Assembly: GCA_030066855.1 (NCBI GenBank) | Contig: JASJAU010000037.1 | Span: 500-64,499 of the forward strand | Reading direction: 5' to 3' | Source of the DNA: Paracoccaceae bacterium | Lineage (GTDB): Bacteria > Pseudomonadota > Alphaproteobacteria > Rhodobacterales > Rhodobacteraceae | Length of the DNA stretch: 64,000 nt | Shown: piece after piece, positions 1-10,263 of the stretch | Position numbering within the stretch: position 1 is the first letter of the stretch | How the letters are laid out: the number at the start of each line of letters is the position of its first letter | Notes under the pieces: model-generated | What the model was told of the DNA's origin: nothing | Seen by the model: only the letters and a program-made list of their open reading frames with translations | The model's database searches: none | Position numbers and translations under genes: made by a program

Positions 1-481
1 CCAAATCCATCGCGATGATCGCCTCGTCCTCGATCACCAGCACGCGCCCCGATATTGCGTCCCGCATCTCGGCATGCGCGATCTCCAGAAGTCGTTCCGC
101 CTCCACCGTCGAGATGCCGATGACCTCGGCGATCGCTTCGAAATCGAACCGCTCGATCGAATGGAGCAGGAGAACCTCGCGCGTGCCGCTCGTCAGACGC
201 GACAGATGCTCCTGAGCCCGGCCCTCCAGTCCGGCGCCGCCGGGTTCGATGGTCGCGCCGGACGACGCCCAGATGCCGTGAAAAACCTTGAAAAGCGCGG
301 TTCTGGGCGCCGTGTCGGCTGAGAAGACGGACGCGTCCTGCAGAATCGCCTCGAGCGTCGCGACCGCATAAGCGTCGCCCGACGCCTGGTTGCCCGTCAA
401 CGCGCGGGCGTAGCGCCGCAGATACGGGAGCTCCCGCCCGATCACGTCCGTCAAATCGTTCTGCCGCGTCGCCTCAGACAT
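1..481 (-). CDS. phyR: PhyR anti-anti-sigma response regulator (5' part only; C-terminal receiver runs off the window)
   Basis: Minus-strand translation from ATG at 481-479 gives MSEATRQNDLTDVIGRELPYLRRYARALTGNQASGDAYA... (sigma-like domain). It ends in RVLVIEDEAIIAMDL (start of the receiver) at the window edge. Divergent from nepR-ecfG. Confidence 0.85.
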   Translation of the reverse strand, partial: MSEATRQNDLTDVIGRELPYLRRYARALTGNQASGDAYAVATLEAILQDASVFSADTAPRTALFKVFHGIWASSGATIEPGGAGLEGRAQEHLSRLTSGTREVLLLHSIERFDFEAIAEVIGISTVEAERLLEIAHAEMRDAISGRVLVIEDEAIIAMDL

Positions 482-505
482 ATCGCAATAAATCCCTCGT
501 TCATC

Positions 506-531
506 GGAACCAAACCGGGCTGTCGGCCGTT
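506..531 (+). promoter_or_regulatory. EcfG-type (general stress response) promoter GGAAC-N17-CGTT upstream of nepR
   Basis: GGAAC at 506-510, a 17-nt spacer, then CGTT at 528-531, about 47 nt upstream of the nepR ATG. Matches the alphaproteobacterial EcfG -35/-10 consensus. Confidence 0.6.
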
Positions 532-577
532 CGGTCTGTTAAGGGGATACACTATCTTTCGAAGGGAACCATCCGGT

Positions 578-745
578 ATGGCGAAAAATCCGCCTTCAAA
601 ACGCGATTACGCGGAGATCGACGAGAATCTTCGCCGTGTCTTTGAGGAGCTGTCGAGCGAGCAGGTGCCGGATCGCTTCACCGACCTTCTGGACCGCCTC
701 CGGAAAGGCGACCCGCCCCCCGACGAGGGGGAGGCCGAGGGATGA
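578..745 (+). CDS. nepR: NepR-like anti-sigma factor (55 aa)
   Basis: Small ORF MAKNPPSKRDYAEIDENLRRVFEELSSEQVPDRFTDLLDRLRKG... whose stop overlaps the ecfG start (ATGA at 742-745). It sits between phyR and the ECF sigma gene. The ORF track missed it because it is under 60 aa. Confidence 0.75.
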   Translation: MAKNPPSKRDYAEIDENLRRVFEELSSEQVPDRFTDLLDRLRKGDPPPDEGEAEG

Positions 746-1299
746 ACGCCCCGGACCCGCGGGAGGAGCTGGTCGAGCACCTGCCGGCCATGCGCGCCTT
801 CGCGCTTTCGCTGACGCGGAACGGGGCCCAGGCCGACGATCTTGTCCAGGACACCGTTATCAAGGCGTGGACCAACTTCGACAAGTTCCAGGCCGGCTCG
901 AACCTCCGCGCCTGGCTGTTCACCATCCTGCGCAATACCTTCTACTCGCACCGCCGGAAATCGAAGCGCGAGGTCGCCGATGTCGACGGCGCTTTCTCAG
1001 CCGGCTTGGCGGAAAAGCCCGAGCATGACGGGCGCCTTCAGCTCAAGGACTTCATGACCGCTTTCGGCCAGATCCCGGTCGAACAGCGCGAGGCGCTGCT
1101 CCTCGTGGGCGCGTCCGGATTCAGCTACGAGCAGGCGGCGGAAATGTGCGGCGTTGCCATCGGCACGATCAAGAGCCGCGCCAATCGCGGCCGCCGGGCG
1201 CTCGCCGAGCTTATGGACCTCGGGCCGGACGACGATCTGGAGCTCACCGACCGCGCCACGCTCGCAGTGCTCAGCGCGAGCGGCAATTCGCCGGTGTGA
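742..1299 (+). CDS. ecfG: ECF sigma factor, EcfG (sigma-E-like) family
   Basis: 185-aa ORF with sigma-70 region 2 (DLVQDTVIKAWTNFDKF...NLRAWLFTILRNTFYS) and region 4 (EALLLVGASGFSYEQAAEMCGVAIGTIKSRANRGR). Confidence 0.9.
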   Translation: MNAPDPREELVEHLPAMRAFALSLTRNGAQADDLVQDTVIKAWTNFDKFQAGSNLRAWLFTILRNTFYSHRRKSKREVADVDGAFSAGLAEKPEHDGRLQLKDFMTAFGQIPVEQREALLLVGASGFSYEQAAEMCGVAIGTIKSRANRGRRALAELMDLGPDDDLELTDRATLAVLSASGNSPV

Positions 1300-1306
1300 G
1301 GCCCCG

Positions 1307-3097
1307 ATGCTTCGCGGCTCCGACATCTCCCGCAACGTCTGGTCCTCGCTGACCTTCCGCGTGCTCGGGCTTATGACGCTGGCCATGGCGCCAATCGGCG
1401 GGATGTCGATCTATCAGACCTCCGAGCTTACGGCCCGGACGGAAGAGCGCGCGGCGGCGTCACTCCTCTCCGCGACTGTGGACGCGGTCACGCCGGAAAT
1501 CGCGGCGCTCGAGCGCGTGATCGGCGCGGCGACGGCCATGTCGCTCTTGACCGTCGACATCTGGAACCGTCACGAAGCCTGCGTTTTGGCCTTCTCGCGC
1601 GTCTCGAACGCAGAGGCCAGCTTCCACTTCGCCGGCGTCCTGACACGCGACGGCGCGCTCTGCGTGCCGGATGAGATTTCCCTCTCGCACAGCGAGATGG
1701 TCACGGCCGCTATGACGTTCGAGAACGACGCGCCGTTCGAATACAGCCAAGCGGTGAACGAAACTGGGGACGTCGAGACCGTCATCGCCCAACCCGTCGC
1801 AGGCCCGGACGGAGTCACGCATTACGTCCTGATCGGCGCGCGTCAGAACCGGTTCTTGGAAACTGCCGCGCGAAGCGACGCCGCCCGCGCCGAAGCCCTG
1901 ATAACCTTCTCCCAAAGCGGCGCGATCCTGAACGCGAACGCGCCCGCGGAACTCGCTGCGGCCGAATTGCCGGCCGGTCGCGACATCTCGGAGCTCACCA
2001 GCCCCCGGGGCTATACGCTCCAGGGCGAAACGCAGGCGGGAAAGGCGCGAATCTATTCCGTAGTTCCGATTCACGGTGACCTAATTTTCGCGCTGGGGAG
2101 CTGGACGCCCGAGAACACGGCGATTCCGGGGGCGGGAACTCGGATGCCGCCTTGGTTCTTCCCGATCCTTACCTGGCTCGCGACGCTCGCCATTCTCTAC
2201 ATCGCCGTAAGCCGCTTCGTTGTGCGACATGTCGAGTTGCTGGGGCAAAGAATGCGCCGCTTTGCGCGAAACAGGACCATGCCGCTTGCCGAGACCGATC
2301 CGCTGACGCCTTCGGAGTTCACGGAGATGAACCGGAATTTCCTGGCGATGGCCGAGGCGATTCTGAAGGACGAAGCGGAACTCGAGCAGGTGATTCACGA
2401 CAAAACCCTCTTAGTGCGCGAAGTGCATCATAGGGTTAAGAACAATCTACAACTCATTGCATCCATTATGAATATGCAGATCAGGAAGAATCGAGACTCG
2501 GAAACCGGCGAGGTGGTCAAGCGCCTTCAGGATAGGGTGCTCGGCCTCGCCGCCATCCACCGGCAGATGTACCAATCGCAGTCGCTCGACCGTGTTCCCG
2601 CTGACGCGCTAGTTGAGGCTGTTCTCGATCAGACCCTCCGGCTGGATCCTGGGGTTGAGGTCCATCTTGAACGGGACTTGATGCCCCTCAATCTTGTGCT
2701 TGATCAGGCCATTCCTCTGGCTCTTCTTTCCGCCGAAGCCGCCGCAAACGCACTGCATCATCTGGGGGCGACCGACGGCGGTCGGCCTAAGCTGGCGGTG
2801 AAGCTAGAGCCTGCGGGCGAAGAAGAAGCTCGCCTACGCGTGTCCAATACCGTGGCGGCGGAAGACGCGTCCGAAGAGGGGCTGATCGAATTCCCCGGCC
2901 AAGGCCTGGGCGCTCAATTGATCAACGCCTTCGCGCGTCAGTTAGGCGCTGAGGCGATCACGCGGCGGGAGGACGGTTTGCATCATCTGGAGGTGACCTT
3001 CCGCCCGAACGGACTGGACCATGCGGACGTCGCCGGGCCGGGGGCTCGCGATCTGGCGAAAGGCGGGGGCAGCGGCGTGGTCTCGGCTGGCGCTTAA
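1307..3097 (+). CDS. HWE/HisKA_2-type sensor histidine kinase (PhyK-like, GSR-associated)
   Basis: H-box REVHHRVKNNLQLIASIMNMQ, a periplasmic-type sensor region between two hydrophobic segments, and a C-terminal ATPase (GLGAQLINAFARQLG). Start taken at the ATG after the ecfG stop, because the track's 1154 start overlaps ecfG. Confidence 0.85.
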   Translation: MLRGSDISRNVWSSLTFRVLGLMTLAMAPIGGMSIYQTSELTARTEERAAASLLSATVDAVTPEIAALERVIGAATAMSLLTVDIWNRHEACVLAFSRVSNAEASFHFAGVLTRDGALCVPDEISLSHSEMVTAAMTFENDAPFEYSQAVNETGDVETVIAQPVAGPDGVTHYVLIGARQNRFLETAARSDAARAEALITFSQSGAILNANAPAELAAAELPAGRDISELTSPRGYTLQGETQAGKARIYSVVPIHGDLIFALGSWTPENTAIPGAGTRMPPWFFPILTWLATLAILYIAVSRFVVRHVELLGQRMRRFARNRTMPLAETDPLTPSEFTEMNRNFLAMAEAILKDEAELEQVIHDKTLLVREVHHRVKNNLQLIASIMNMQIRKNRDSETGEVVKRLQDRVLGLAAIHRQMYQSQSLDRVPADALVEAVLDQTLRLDPGVEVHLERDLMPLNLVLDQAIPLALLSAEAAANALHHLGATDGGRPKLAVKLEPAGEEEARLRVSNTVAAEDASEEGLIEFPGQGLGAQLINAFARQLGAEAITRREDGLHHLEVTFRPNGLDHADVAGPGARDLAKGGGSGVVSAGA

Positions 3098-3969
3098 GTC
3101 TCGCCGCGACGGAACATGGACTTCGCCGCGACAGCCGCGCCGAGCGTGATCAAAACGCAGGCGATCCAGAGCGCGGCCGTGGCTTCCGCGCGGCCGAACG
3201 CCACCAAAGTGACGGTCGACAAAAGGGGCGCGGCATAGCTCGCGGCGCCGAGAATGGCGATGTCGCCCTTTTTCATGCCGATGTCCCAAAGAAAGAAGGC
3301 GAGCCCGACGGGGCCAAGACCTAACCCGGCGACAGCCGCCCAGGCGATTGCGCCGTCCGGCCAGACGGTGTCTTCGAACGCAAGGTGACAAATGACAGCG
3401 AGGACTGCGGTTGCAAGGCAGAACCCGGTTACCGATCCCGTCGGCACGTGCGCGATCCGGCGGGAGAGAACTGAATAGGACGCCCAGACGAAGGCGGCCG
3501 CGAGGGCGAGCGCGTAGCCCGCGCGATAGGCGGGATCCGTGGAGAACCTTGAGCCGCAGGACACAAGAATGATCGCGCCGAGGAACCCGAGAAGGGCGCC
3601 CGTGATGTGGTGCGGCCGGAGCTTTCCACCGGTTACAAGGGTCGATCCGAGCACGATAAGGAGCGGCCAGAGATAGGCGATCAGGCTCGCTTCGGCAGCG
3701 GGCGCCGCGCGAAGCGCCGAGAAGTAGAGGAAGTGATAGCCGAAAAGCCCGCCGATCCCGAGCGCCCAGACACTGGGCGATCGGGGCAGCGCGCTGGCGC
3801 CCTGGCCCGAAACCGCGAGCACCGCGAGACCTGCCATGCCGCCGATCGCAAAGGTCATGGCTGCGAGCTGAAAGGGCGGCACCGCGCCGGTCGCGTCCGT
3901 GAATAGGGCGAGCAACGCCCAAAGAAGCACCGCCATGAAGCCCAGCCCGGTTGCCGCGCGTTCTGCCAT
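3094..3969 (-). CDS. EamA/DMT-family transporter
   Basis: About 10 hydrophobic helices. The N-terminus MAERAATGLGFMAVLLWALLALFT is typical of EamA repeats. Confidence 0.8.
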   Translation of the reverse strand: MAERAATGLGFMAVLLWALLALFTDATGAVPPFQLAAMTFAIGGMAGLAVLAVSGQGASALPRSPSVWALGIGGLFGYHFLYFSALRAAPAAEASLIAYLWPLLIVLGSTLVTGGKLRPHHITGALLGFLGAIILVSCGSRFSTDPAYRAGYALALAAAFVWASYSVLSRRIAHVPTGSVTGFCLATAVLAVICHLAFEDTVWPDGAIAWAAVAGLGLGPVGLAFFLWDIGMKKGDIAILGAASYAAPLLSTVTLVAFGRAEATAALWIACVLITLGAAVAAKSMFRRGET

Positions 3970-4125
3970 CCTCGCCAATCCGCTTTGACAGATGATGCCG
4001 GTTGATCCCGGCAACGGATTTGGGCGTTGACTCGATTATTCGCGGATTGTCAATGTTTTGCCACTTTTCTCTCTAAGGGTCGTTCTCAGCCGTCTGGGGG
4101 CGGCGCATGGGAACGGGAGGTCCGA

Positions 4126-4323
4126 ATGGACATGCTGCACCTCGTCCCGGCCGCGTTGTTGAGCACGATTGGTATGTGGTTTCTTTGGCCGGTGATCGTC
4201 GATCCAATCCTGCGCCGCAGGCGCCACATCCGCACGCAATCGCTCGAAGCGACCGACGCTCTGGCAGAGGATCTGTTTCAGAACTGGTCCGATCTCGACG
4301 CCGAGGACGCTCGCCGCACCTAA
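4126..4323 (+). CDS. Small hypothetical membrane protein (65 aa)
   Basis: GGGAGG Shine-Dalgarno 7 nt upstream of the ATG. One hydrophobic helix (LVPAALLSTIGMWFLWPVIV) followed by an acidic tail. No family recognised. Confidence 0.35.
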   Translation: MDMLHLVPAALLSTIGMWFLWPVIVDPILRRRRHIRTQSLEATDALAEDLFQNWSDLDAEDARRT

Positions 4324-4476
4324 TACCGACCTCTTCGGATCTCTCCGCAGCTGGCCGGGGCGTTCCTTCTCATGACGTCAATTCGCCCTGCCGTCCCTTG
4401 CAGCCGCCGGGGGGCGCTACTAAGACTCTGGCAATTCCCAGCGGGTAGAACCCGAGTGATTTGAAGGCAGGCGAGC

Positions 4477-5106
4477 ATGCGCGATCCCCACGAGACTTAC
4501 ATGAACCTTGTCCCCATGGTGGTCGAGCAGACCAGCCGGGGGGAGCGGGCCTACGACATTTTCTCGCGCCTCCTGAAGGAGCGGATCGTTTTCGTGAACG
4601 GCCCAATCCATGACGGGATGAGCCAGCTGATCGTCGCGCAGCTCCTGCATCTCGAAGCGGAGAATCCGTCGAAAGAGATCTCGATGTACATAAATAGCCC
4701 AGGCGGCGTGGTGACGGCCGGCCTCTCGATCTATGATACGATGCAGTACATCCGGCCCAAGATAGCCACGCTTGTCGTTGGACAGGCGGCCTCGATGGGC
4801 TCGCTCCTCTTGGCGGCCGGCGACAAGGGCATGCGCCTTTCGCTTCCCAACTCCTCGATCATGGTTCATCAGCCGTCTGGCGGGTTTCAGGGTCAGGCGA
4901 GCGACATCATGATCCACGCCCGTCACGTCGAGCGACTGAAGCAGCGGCTGAACGAGATTTACGTCAGCCACACAGGGCAGGGCCTTGAAAAAGTTGAAGA
5001 CGCGCTCGAGCGCGACAACTTCATGACCCCGGAAGAAGCGAAGGACTGGGGCCTCATCGACGAGATCGTGGAGAACCGGGCGCGTCCCGAGGACGAGGAT
5101 AGTTGA
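4477..5106 (+). CDS. clpP: ATP-dependent Clp protease proteolytic subunit
   Basis: Unmistakable ClpP sequence ([25 protein letters not shown]...[11 protein letters not shown]...MVHQPSGG). Confidence 0.97.
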   Translation: MRDPHETYMNLVPMVVEQTSRGERAYDIFSRLLKERIVFVNGPIHDGMSQLIVAQLLHLEAENPSKEISMYINSPGGVVTAGLSIYDTMQYIRPKIATLVVGQAASMGSLLLAAGDKGMRLSLPNSSIMVHQPSGGFQGQASDIMIHARHVERLKQRLNEIYVSHTGQGLEKVEDALERDNFMTPEEAKDWGLIDEIVENRARPEDEDS

Positions 5107-5274
5107 TGGCGGCGCAACACGCCGCCGTGACAGCGGACAATTGTCTGTGAATTTGGCGTTGTGCCTGCCTGACCGGTGCCCTAGGCTTTTCGTCATGGCG
5201 GTTGAGCGGGTAGAATTCGAAGTCCCGGCCGGAACCGGGCGCCGTGCGGGCGATCAGCCGAAAAAGGGTATGTG

Positions 5275-6534
5275 ATGGCGAATAATTCGGGCGACAGCAA
5301 GAACACCCTTTACTGCTCGTTTTGCGGAAAGAGCCAGCATGAGGTTCGCAAGCTGATCGCGGGTCCGACGGTCTTCATCTGCGATGAATGCGTCGAACTG
5401 TGCATGGACATCATCCGGGAGGAGACGAAATCTTCCGGCCTGAAGTCGTCGGACGGCGTGCCCAGCCCGAAAGAGATTTGTGACGTTCTCGACGATTATG
5501 TGATCGGCCAGGGCCATGCGAAACGCGTGCTCTCGGTCGCAGTGCACAATCATTACAAACGCCTGAACCACGCCGGGAAATCTGACATCGAACTTGCGAA
5601 GTCGAACATCTTGCTGATCGGCCCGACCGGCTGCGGCAAGACGCTTCTGGCGCAAACGCTGGCGCGCATCCTCGACGTGCCGTTCACGATGGCCGACGCG
5701 ACGACGCTGACCGAGGCGGGCTACGTCGGCGAGGATGTCGAGAACATCATTCTGAAGCTCTTGCAGGCCAGCGAGTACAACGTTGAGCGGGCGCAGCGCG
5801 GCATCGTCTATATCGACGAGGTCGACAAGATCACCCGCAAGTCCGACAACCCGTCGATCACGCGGGACGTGTCGGGCGAGGGCGTGCAGCAAGCGCTCTT
5901 GAAGATCATGGAAGGCACCGTGGCTAGCGTTCCTCCGCAGGGCGGCCGGAAGCACCCGCAGCAGGAGTTCCTGCAGGTCGACACGACCAACATCCTCTTC
6001 ATCTGTGGCGGGGCCTTTGCCGGCCTCGACAAGATCATCGCACAGCGCGGCAAAGGCTCGGCAATGGGTTTCGGGGCGGACGTGAAATCCTCCGACGAGA
6101 AGTCCATCGGAGAACACTTCAAGGAGCTTGAGCCGGAGGATCTCCTGAAATTCGGCTTGATCCCGGAATTCGTTGGCCGCCTTCCGGTCATCGCGACGCT
6201 CGAGGATCTGGACGAAGACGCTTTGGTCACAATCCTGACCGAACCCAAGAACGCGCTGGTCAAGCAGTACCAGCGGTTGTTCGAACTCGAGGACGCCAAG
6301 CTCACCTTCACGCCGGACGCGCTCAAGGCCATCGCCAAGCGGGCGATCGACCGCAAGACCGGCGCTCGCGGCCTCAGGTCGATCATGGAGGACATCCTTC
6401 TCGACACCATGTTCGATCTGCCCGGAATGGACAGTGTCGATGAAGTCGTGGTGAACGAGGAATCGGTGTCGTCGGATGTCAAACCGCTGATGATCCACGC
6501 GGATTCCGAGAAGGAACCGGCCAGCGCGGGCTGA
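5275..6534 (+). CDS. clpX: ATP-dependent Clp protease ATP-binding subunit ClpX
   Basis: Zinc-finger motifs CSFCGK...CDECV, Walker A GPTGCGKT and an IGF-type loop region. Immediately downstream of clpP. Confidence 0.97.
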   Translation: MANNSGDSKNTLYCSFCGKSQHEVRKLIAGPTVFICDECVELCMDIIREETKSSGLKSSDGVPSPKEICDVLDDYVIGQGHAKRVLSVAVHNHYKRLNHAGKSDIELAKSNILLIGPTGCGKTLLAQTLARILDVPFTMADATTLTEAGYVGEDVENIILKLLQASEYNVERAQRGIVYIDEVDKITRKSDNPSITRDVSGEGVQQALLKIMEGTVASVPPQGGRKHPQQEFLQVDTTNILFICGGAFAGLDKIIAQRGKGSAMGFGADVKSSDEKSIGEHFKELEPEDLLKFGLIPEFVGRLPVIATLEDLDEDALVTILTEPKNALVKQYQRLFELEDAKLTFTPDALKAIAKRAIDRKTGARGLRSIMEDILLDTMFDLPGMDSVDEVVVNEESVSSDVKPLMIHADSEKEPASAG

Positions 6535-6935
6535 TGCGCCGACTGATCTCCACCGGATCGCCTTTCGAGGCCAACATCGGCTACTCGCGCGCGGTCGTGT
6601 GCGACGGCTGGGTCTTCGTGGCGGGAACCACCGGCTACGATTACGCGACCATGGTCATGCCCGAAAGCGTCGCCGAACAATGCCGGAACGCCTTCGCAAC
6701 TATCGCGGATGCGCTGGGCGAGGCGGGCGCCAGCCTCGATGACGTGGTGCGCGCCCGCTACATTCTCCCCAATCCGGAGGATTGGCCGGAGTGCTGGCCC
6801 GTCACCTCAAGCGTGTTCGCGAAGGCCCGACCGGCCTCGACCATGCTGGTCGCGGGGCTTCAGGAACCCGAGATGAAGATCGAAATCGAAGTCACCGCGC
6901 GTCTGCCAGATGCCGGCTTGGCGGCACCCGCTTGA
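6534..6935 (+). CDS. RidA/YjgF-family protein
   Basis: 133 aa with a YjgF-like pattern ([19 protein letters not shown]...IEIEVTA). The start overlaps the clpX stop. Confidence 0.8.
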   Translation: MRRLISTGSPFEANIGYSRAVVCDGWVFVAGTTGYDYATMVMPESVAEQCRNAFATIADALGEAGASLDDVVRARYILPNPEDWPECWPVTSSVFAKARPASTMLVAGLQEPEMKIEIEVTARLPDAGLAAPA

Positions 6936-7003
6936 CAGCGTTCCGCTGGACCTTGATCCAGCCTTGCGGCATACCGGAGCCAACGCATCCAAGGGAACCT
7001 CGC

Positions 7004-7387
7004 ATGGGTATTGGAACCACGCTTCTCCGCGCCGTGACCTGGTGGAACAGCCAGACCCTCGGCACGCAGCTATTCACCTGGCGCAAGGGGCAGAAGGTGG
7101 GAGAGGACGATCAGGGCAACGTCTTCTATCAGACCGCAGACGGCAAGCGCCGCTGGGTGATCTATAACGGCGAGGCCGAGGCGAGCCGGGTCAGCCCGGA
7201 GTGGCATGGCTGGCTGCACCACACCTGGAATGACCCGCCTACGACCACGCCCATGCGCCACAAGGACTGGGAGAAGCCGCATCAGGAGAACCTGACCGGC
7301 ACGTCGGCGGCCTACGCGCCGCCGGGGTCGATCCGACGCCCGCATCCCGAGGAGAAGTCGGATTACGAGGCCTGGCAGCCGGAGTAG
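7004..7387 (+). CDS. NDUFA12-family (NADH:ubiquinone oxidoreductase subunit-like) protein
   Basis: [44 protein letters not shown]...RRWVIYNG...[10 protein letters not shown] is typical of bacterial NDUFA12 homologues. Confidence 0.8.
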   Translation: MGIGTTLLRAVTWWNSQTLGTQLFTWRKGQKVGEDDQGNVFYQTADGKRRWVIYNGEAEASRVSPEWHGWLHHTWNDPPTTTPMRHKDWEKPHQENLTGTSAAYAPPGSIRRPHPEEKSDYEAWQPE

Positions 7388-7390
7388 AGC

Positions 7391-7834
7391 ATGTCCGAAA
7401 ACACGACTGAAATCGTCACGGGCGGGATCGTCGTCGCCGTGGCGGCGGGATTTCTGATCTACGCCTCCCAGTTCGGCGGCTTCGGCGGCGCCGGCGGTGA
7501 CGCCGTTTACTCCGCCTCCTTCCGTTCGGCTGAAGGCGTTGGCGTCGGCACGGATGTGCGGCTCGCAGGCGTGAAGGTCGGTACGGTGCTGTCGCTCGAC
7601 CTTGATCCGGCCACCTTCCGCGCCGACGCGAGCTTCACGATCGACGACGAGGTTGTCTTGCCCGAGGATACGGCGGCAGTCATCTCATCCGAGGGCCTGC
7701 TCGGAGGGAGCTTCGTTGAGATCTTGCCGGGCGGCTCGGCCTTCAATCTGGAGCCGGGAAGCGAGATCGAAGACACGCAAGGGGCGGTCTCCATTGTTCA
7801 GCTTTTGTTGCGGTTCGTGACGAGCGACGAATGA
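7391..7834 (+). CDS. mlaD: MlaD/MCE-domain outer-membrane lipid asymmetry protein
   Basis: N-terminal TM helix followed by an MCE domain (VRLAGVKVGTVLSLDLDP...). Confidence 0.78.
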   Translation: MSENTTEIVTGGIVVAVAAGFLIYASQFGGFGGAGGDAVYSASFRSAEGVGVGTDVRLAGVKVGTVLSLDLDPATFRADASFTIDDEVVLPEDTAAVISSEGLLGGSFVEILPGGSAFNLEPGSEIEDTQGAVSIVQLLLRFVTSDE

Positions 7835-8265
7835 GCCCGCGCTTTTCCGTTCTGACGCTCCTGCTTTTCGCGCTGCCTGCAAGCGCGCAGGACGCCGTCA
7901 TCGCGTCGCCAATCGACGGCTCGACCGTGATCCTGCCGGCGCCGGACATCGCGGCGGAAAGCGTCCGCGCATTGACCGCGCCGGGCGCGATGCTGCGCGG
8001 CCTCGACAAGGTCTCGGGCGAGGTCGTCGATCTTGCGCTGGGCGTCGGCGAGACGGCAGAGGTCGGCCGTATCGCGGTGACGTTGGGCGAGTGCCGCTAC
8101 CCGGAGGACAACCCGTCCGGCGAGGCCTATGCCTGGCTGGACATTCGGGACATGGCTCGAGAGGCGACCGTCTTCTCAGGCTGGATGATCGCTTCCAGCC
8201 CGGCGCTGAACGCGCTTGATCACGCCCGCTACGACGTCTGGGTGATCCGCTGCAGCACGGCCTGA
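7831..8265 (+). CDS. DUF2155-like secreted protein
   Basis: Signal peptide (LLLFALPASAQD). ATGA coupling to mlaD, and the GLDKVSG...LGECRYP motif recalls DUF2155. Confidence 0.6.
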   Translation: MSPRFSVLTLLLFALPASAQDAVIASPIDGSTVILPAPDIAAESVRALTAPGAMLRGLDKVSGEVVDLALGVGETAEVGRIAVTLGECRYPEDNPSGEAYAWLDIRDMAREATVFSGWMIASSPALNALDHARYDVWVIRCSTA

Positions 8266-8873
8266 GGATCCGTTTCCAAGGGCAGGCGCGTGATATCCGC
8301 ATCCACTTCAAGCGCGCGCTGAAGCATCCGGTGATACGCCTCACGCGGGATTTCGACCGCGCCCAGGCTTACCAAATGCGGTGTGGTGAACTGGGTGTCG
8401 AAAAGCGTGAAGCCTGTCCGCCGCAGGTGATCGACGGCCCAGGCAAGGGCGATCTTCGAGCCGTCCCGCTCGCGTGAGAACATGCTCTCGCCGAAGAAAA
8501 CGCTCGCGATGGCAAGGCCGTACATCCCGCCGATGAGCTTGCCATCCTGAAACACCTCGAACGAATGCGCCTCGCTGCGCTTGTGCAGGGCGATCATGAG
8601 CGAGCGGATCGTCTCGTTGATCCAGGTCTCGGATCGGTCGGCGCAGGCTTCGAGCACATCTTCGAACGCCGTGTCGAGCCGGACCTCGTAGTCCGCCTTG
8701 CGCAATCGCCGGGCAAGCGAGCGCGAAACGCGAAACCCGTCAAGCGGCAGCACGCCCCGCAGCTTGGGATCGACCCAGAAAACAGTCGGGTCCTCCCGAT
8801 TGTCCGCCATTGGAAAGATGCCGGAGGCATAGGCGCCGATCAGCAGGTCAGGGGTCAGGCGGCGGCTGCTCAT
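8229..8873 (-). CDS. aat: Leucyl/phenylalanyl-tRNA--protein transferase
   Basis: AYASGIFPMAD...VFWVDPKLRGVLPLDGF...GGMYGLAIASVFFGESMFS are hallmark Aat motifs. Confidence 0.9.
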   Translation of the reverse strand: MSSRRLTPDLLIGAYASGIFPMADNREDPTVFWVDPKLRGVLPLDGFRVSRSLARRLRKADYEVRLDTAFEDVLEACADRSETWINETIRSLMIALHKRSEAHSFEVFQDGKLIGGMYGLAIASVFFGESMFSRERDGSKIALAWAVDHLRRTGFTLFDTQFTTPHLVSLGAVEIPREAYHRMLQRALEVDADITRLPLETDPQAVLQRITQTS

Positions 8874-8906
8874 GCCTTTAGTGTAACCCAGTTTCGGCGG
8901 GCGCAG

Positions 8907-10253
8907 TCACGCCAGGTTCTCGTCGAGCCAGTGTTCCAGCCAGTGAATGTCGTAGTTGCCCGTCAGCACATCCTCTTCCGCCAGTAGCGCGTTGAAGAGC
9001 GGAATTGTGGTGTCGATGCCATCCACGATGATCTCGGAAAGCGCCCGGCCCAACCGCGCCAGCGCTTCGGGTCGGTCGCGGCCATGGACAATCAGCTTGC
9101 CGATGAGCGAGTCGTAATAGGGCGGGATGCTGTAACCGTCATAAAGCGCCGAATCCATCCGCACGCCCAGCCCCCCGGGCGCGTGATACTGCGAGATCGT
9201 GCCGGGCGAGGGCGAGAAGCTCGGCAGCTTCTCGGCGTTGATCCGGATTTCGATAGCGTGGCCGTTGATCGAAAGATCCTCCTGTGCGAAGGACATTGTC
9301 TCGCCAGCGGCGGCGCGGATTTGCTCGCGGACCAGATCCACGCCGAAGATCGCCTCGGTAACAGGATGCTCGACCTGCAGTCGGGTGTTCATCTCGATGA
9401 AGTAGAACTCCCCATCCTCATAAAGGAACTCGACGGTGCCGGCGCCGATGTAGTTGATCCGGGCGACGGCTTCCGCGCAAATCTTGCCGATCCGCGCCCG
9501 CTCTTCGGCCGTGATGGACGGCCCGGGCGCCTCTTCGAAGACCTTCTGGTGCCGGCGCTGAAGCGAGCAATCCCGCTCGCCAAGGTGCACGGCGTGCCCG
9601 CGCCCGTCGCCGAACACCTGAATCTCGATGTGGCGCGGCTTGCCCAGATATTTCTCGATATAGACCTCATCGTTACCGAAGGCGGCCTTCGCCTCAGATC
9701 GCGCGGAGGGGAAGGCTGTCTCCATCTCTTCGGCGCTCCGCGCGAGCTTCATGCCGCGCCCGCCGCCGCCTGCCGTGGCCTTGACGATGACCGGGTAGCC
9801 GAACTCCTCCCCGATCGCCTTCGCTGACGCCAGATCAGGCACGCCGCCATCCGAGCCGGGGACAACCGGGATGCCGAGGTTCCGCGCCGTCTCCTTGGCA
9901 GTGATCTTGTCGCCCATCACCCGGATATGCTCGGCCGAAGGACCGATGAATGTGATCTGATGATCTTCGACCACCTGAACGAAGGTCGCGTTCTCCGAAA
10001 GGAACCCATACCCCGGATGGATCGCTTGCGCCCCAGTGATCTCACAGGCCGAGATGATCGCGGGGATCGACAAGTAACTCTGCGTTCCGGAGGGCGGACC
10101 GATGCAGACCGACTCGTCGGCCATCCTGACGTGCATCGCGTCAGCGTCCGCGGTCGAATGCACAGCCACTGACTTGATTCCCATCTCGCGGCAGGCACGG
10201 ATCACGCGAAGGGCGATCTCGCCCCGGTTGGCGATCAGGATCTTGTCGAACAT
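8907..10253 (-). CDS. accC: Acetyl-CoA carboxylase biotin carboxylase subunit
   Basis: MFDKILIANRGEIALRVIRACREMGI... with a full ATP-grasp domain, 448 aa. Confidence 0.97.
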   Translation of the reverse strand: MFDKILIANRGEIALRVIRACREMGIKSVAVHSTADADAMHVRMADESVCIGPPSGTQSYLSIPAIISACEITGAQAIHPGYGFLSENATFVQVVEDHQITFIGPSAEHIRVMGDKITAKETARNLGIPVVPGSDGGVPDLASAKAIGEEFGYPVIVKATAGGGGRGMKLARSAEEMETAFPSARSEAKAAFGNDEVYIEKYLGKPRHIEIQVFGDGRGHAVHLGERDCSLQRRHQKVFEEAPGPSITAEERARIGKICAEAVARINYIGAGTVEFLYEDGEFYFIEMNTRLQVEHPVTEAIFGVDLVREQIRAAAGETMSFAQEDLSINGHAIEIRINAEKLPSFSPSPGTISQYHAPGGLGVRMDSALYDGYSIPPYYDSLIGKLIVHGRDRPEALARLGRALSEIIVDGIDTTIPLFNALLAEEDVLTGNYDIHWLEHWLDENLA

Positions 10254-10263
10254 GCGCCGCGCC

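Noticed and set aside
565-569. Second GGAAC pentamer just upstream of the nepR ATG as another EcfG -35 element
   Set aside because: No CGTT occurs at the required 16-17-nt distance, and it sits only ~9 nt from the start codon.
1154-1306. Upstream extension of the histidine-kinase ORF overlapping ecfG
   Set aside because: The extension is read out of frame through the 3' end of the well-supported sigma-factor gene. The ATG at 1307 follows the ecfG stop.
5254-6498. 414-aa minus-strand ORF
   Set aside because: Antisense shadow of clpX, with no recognisable motifs.
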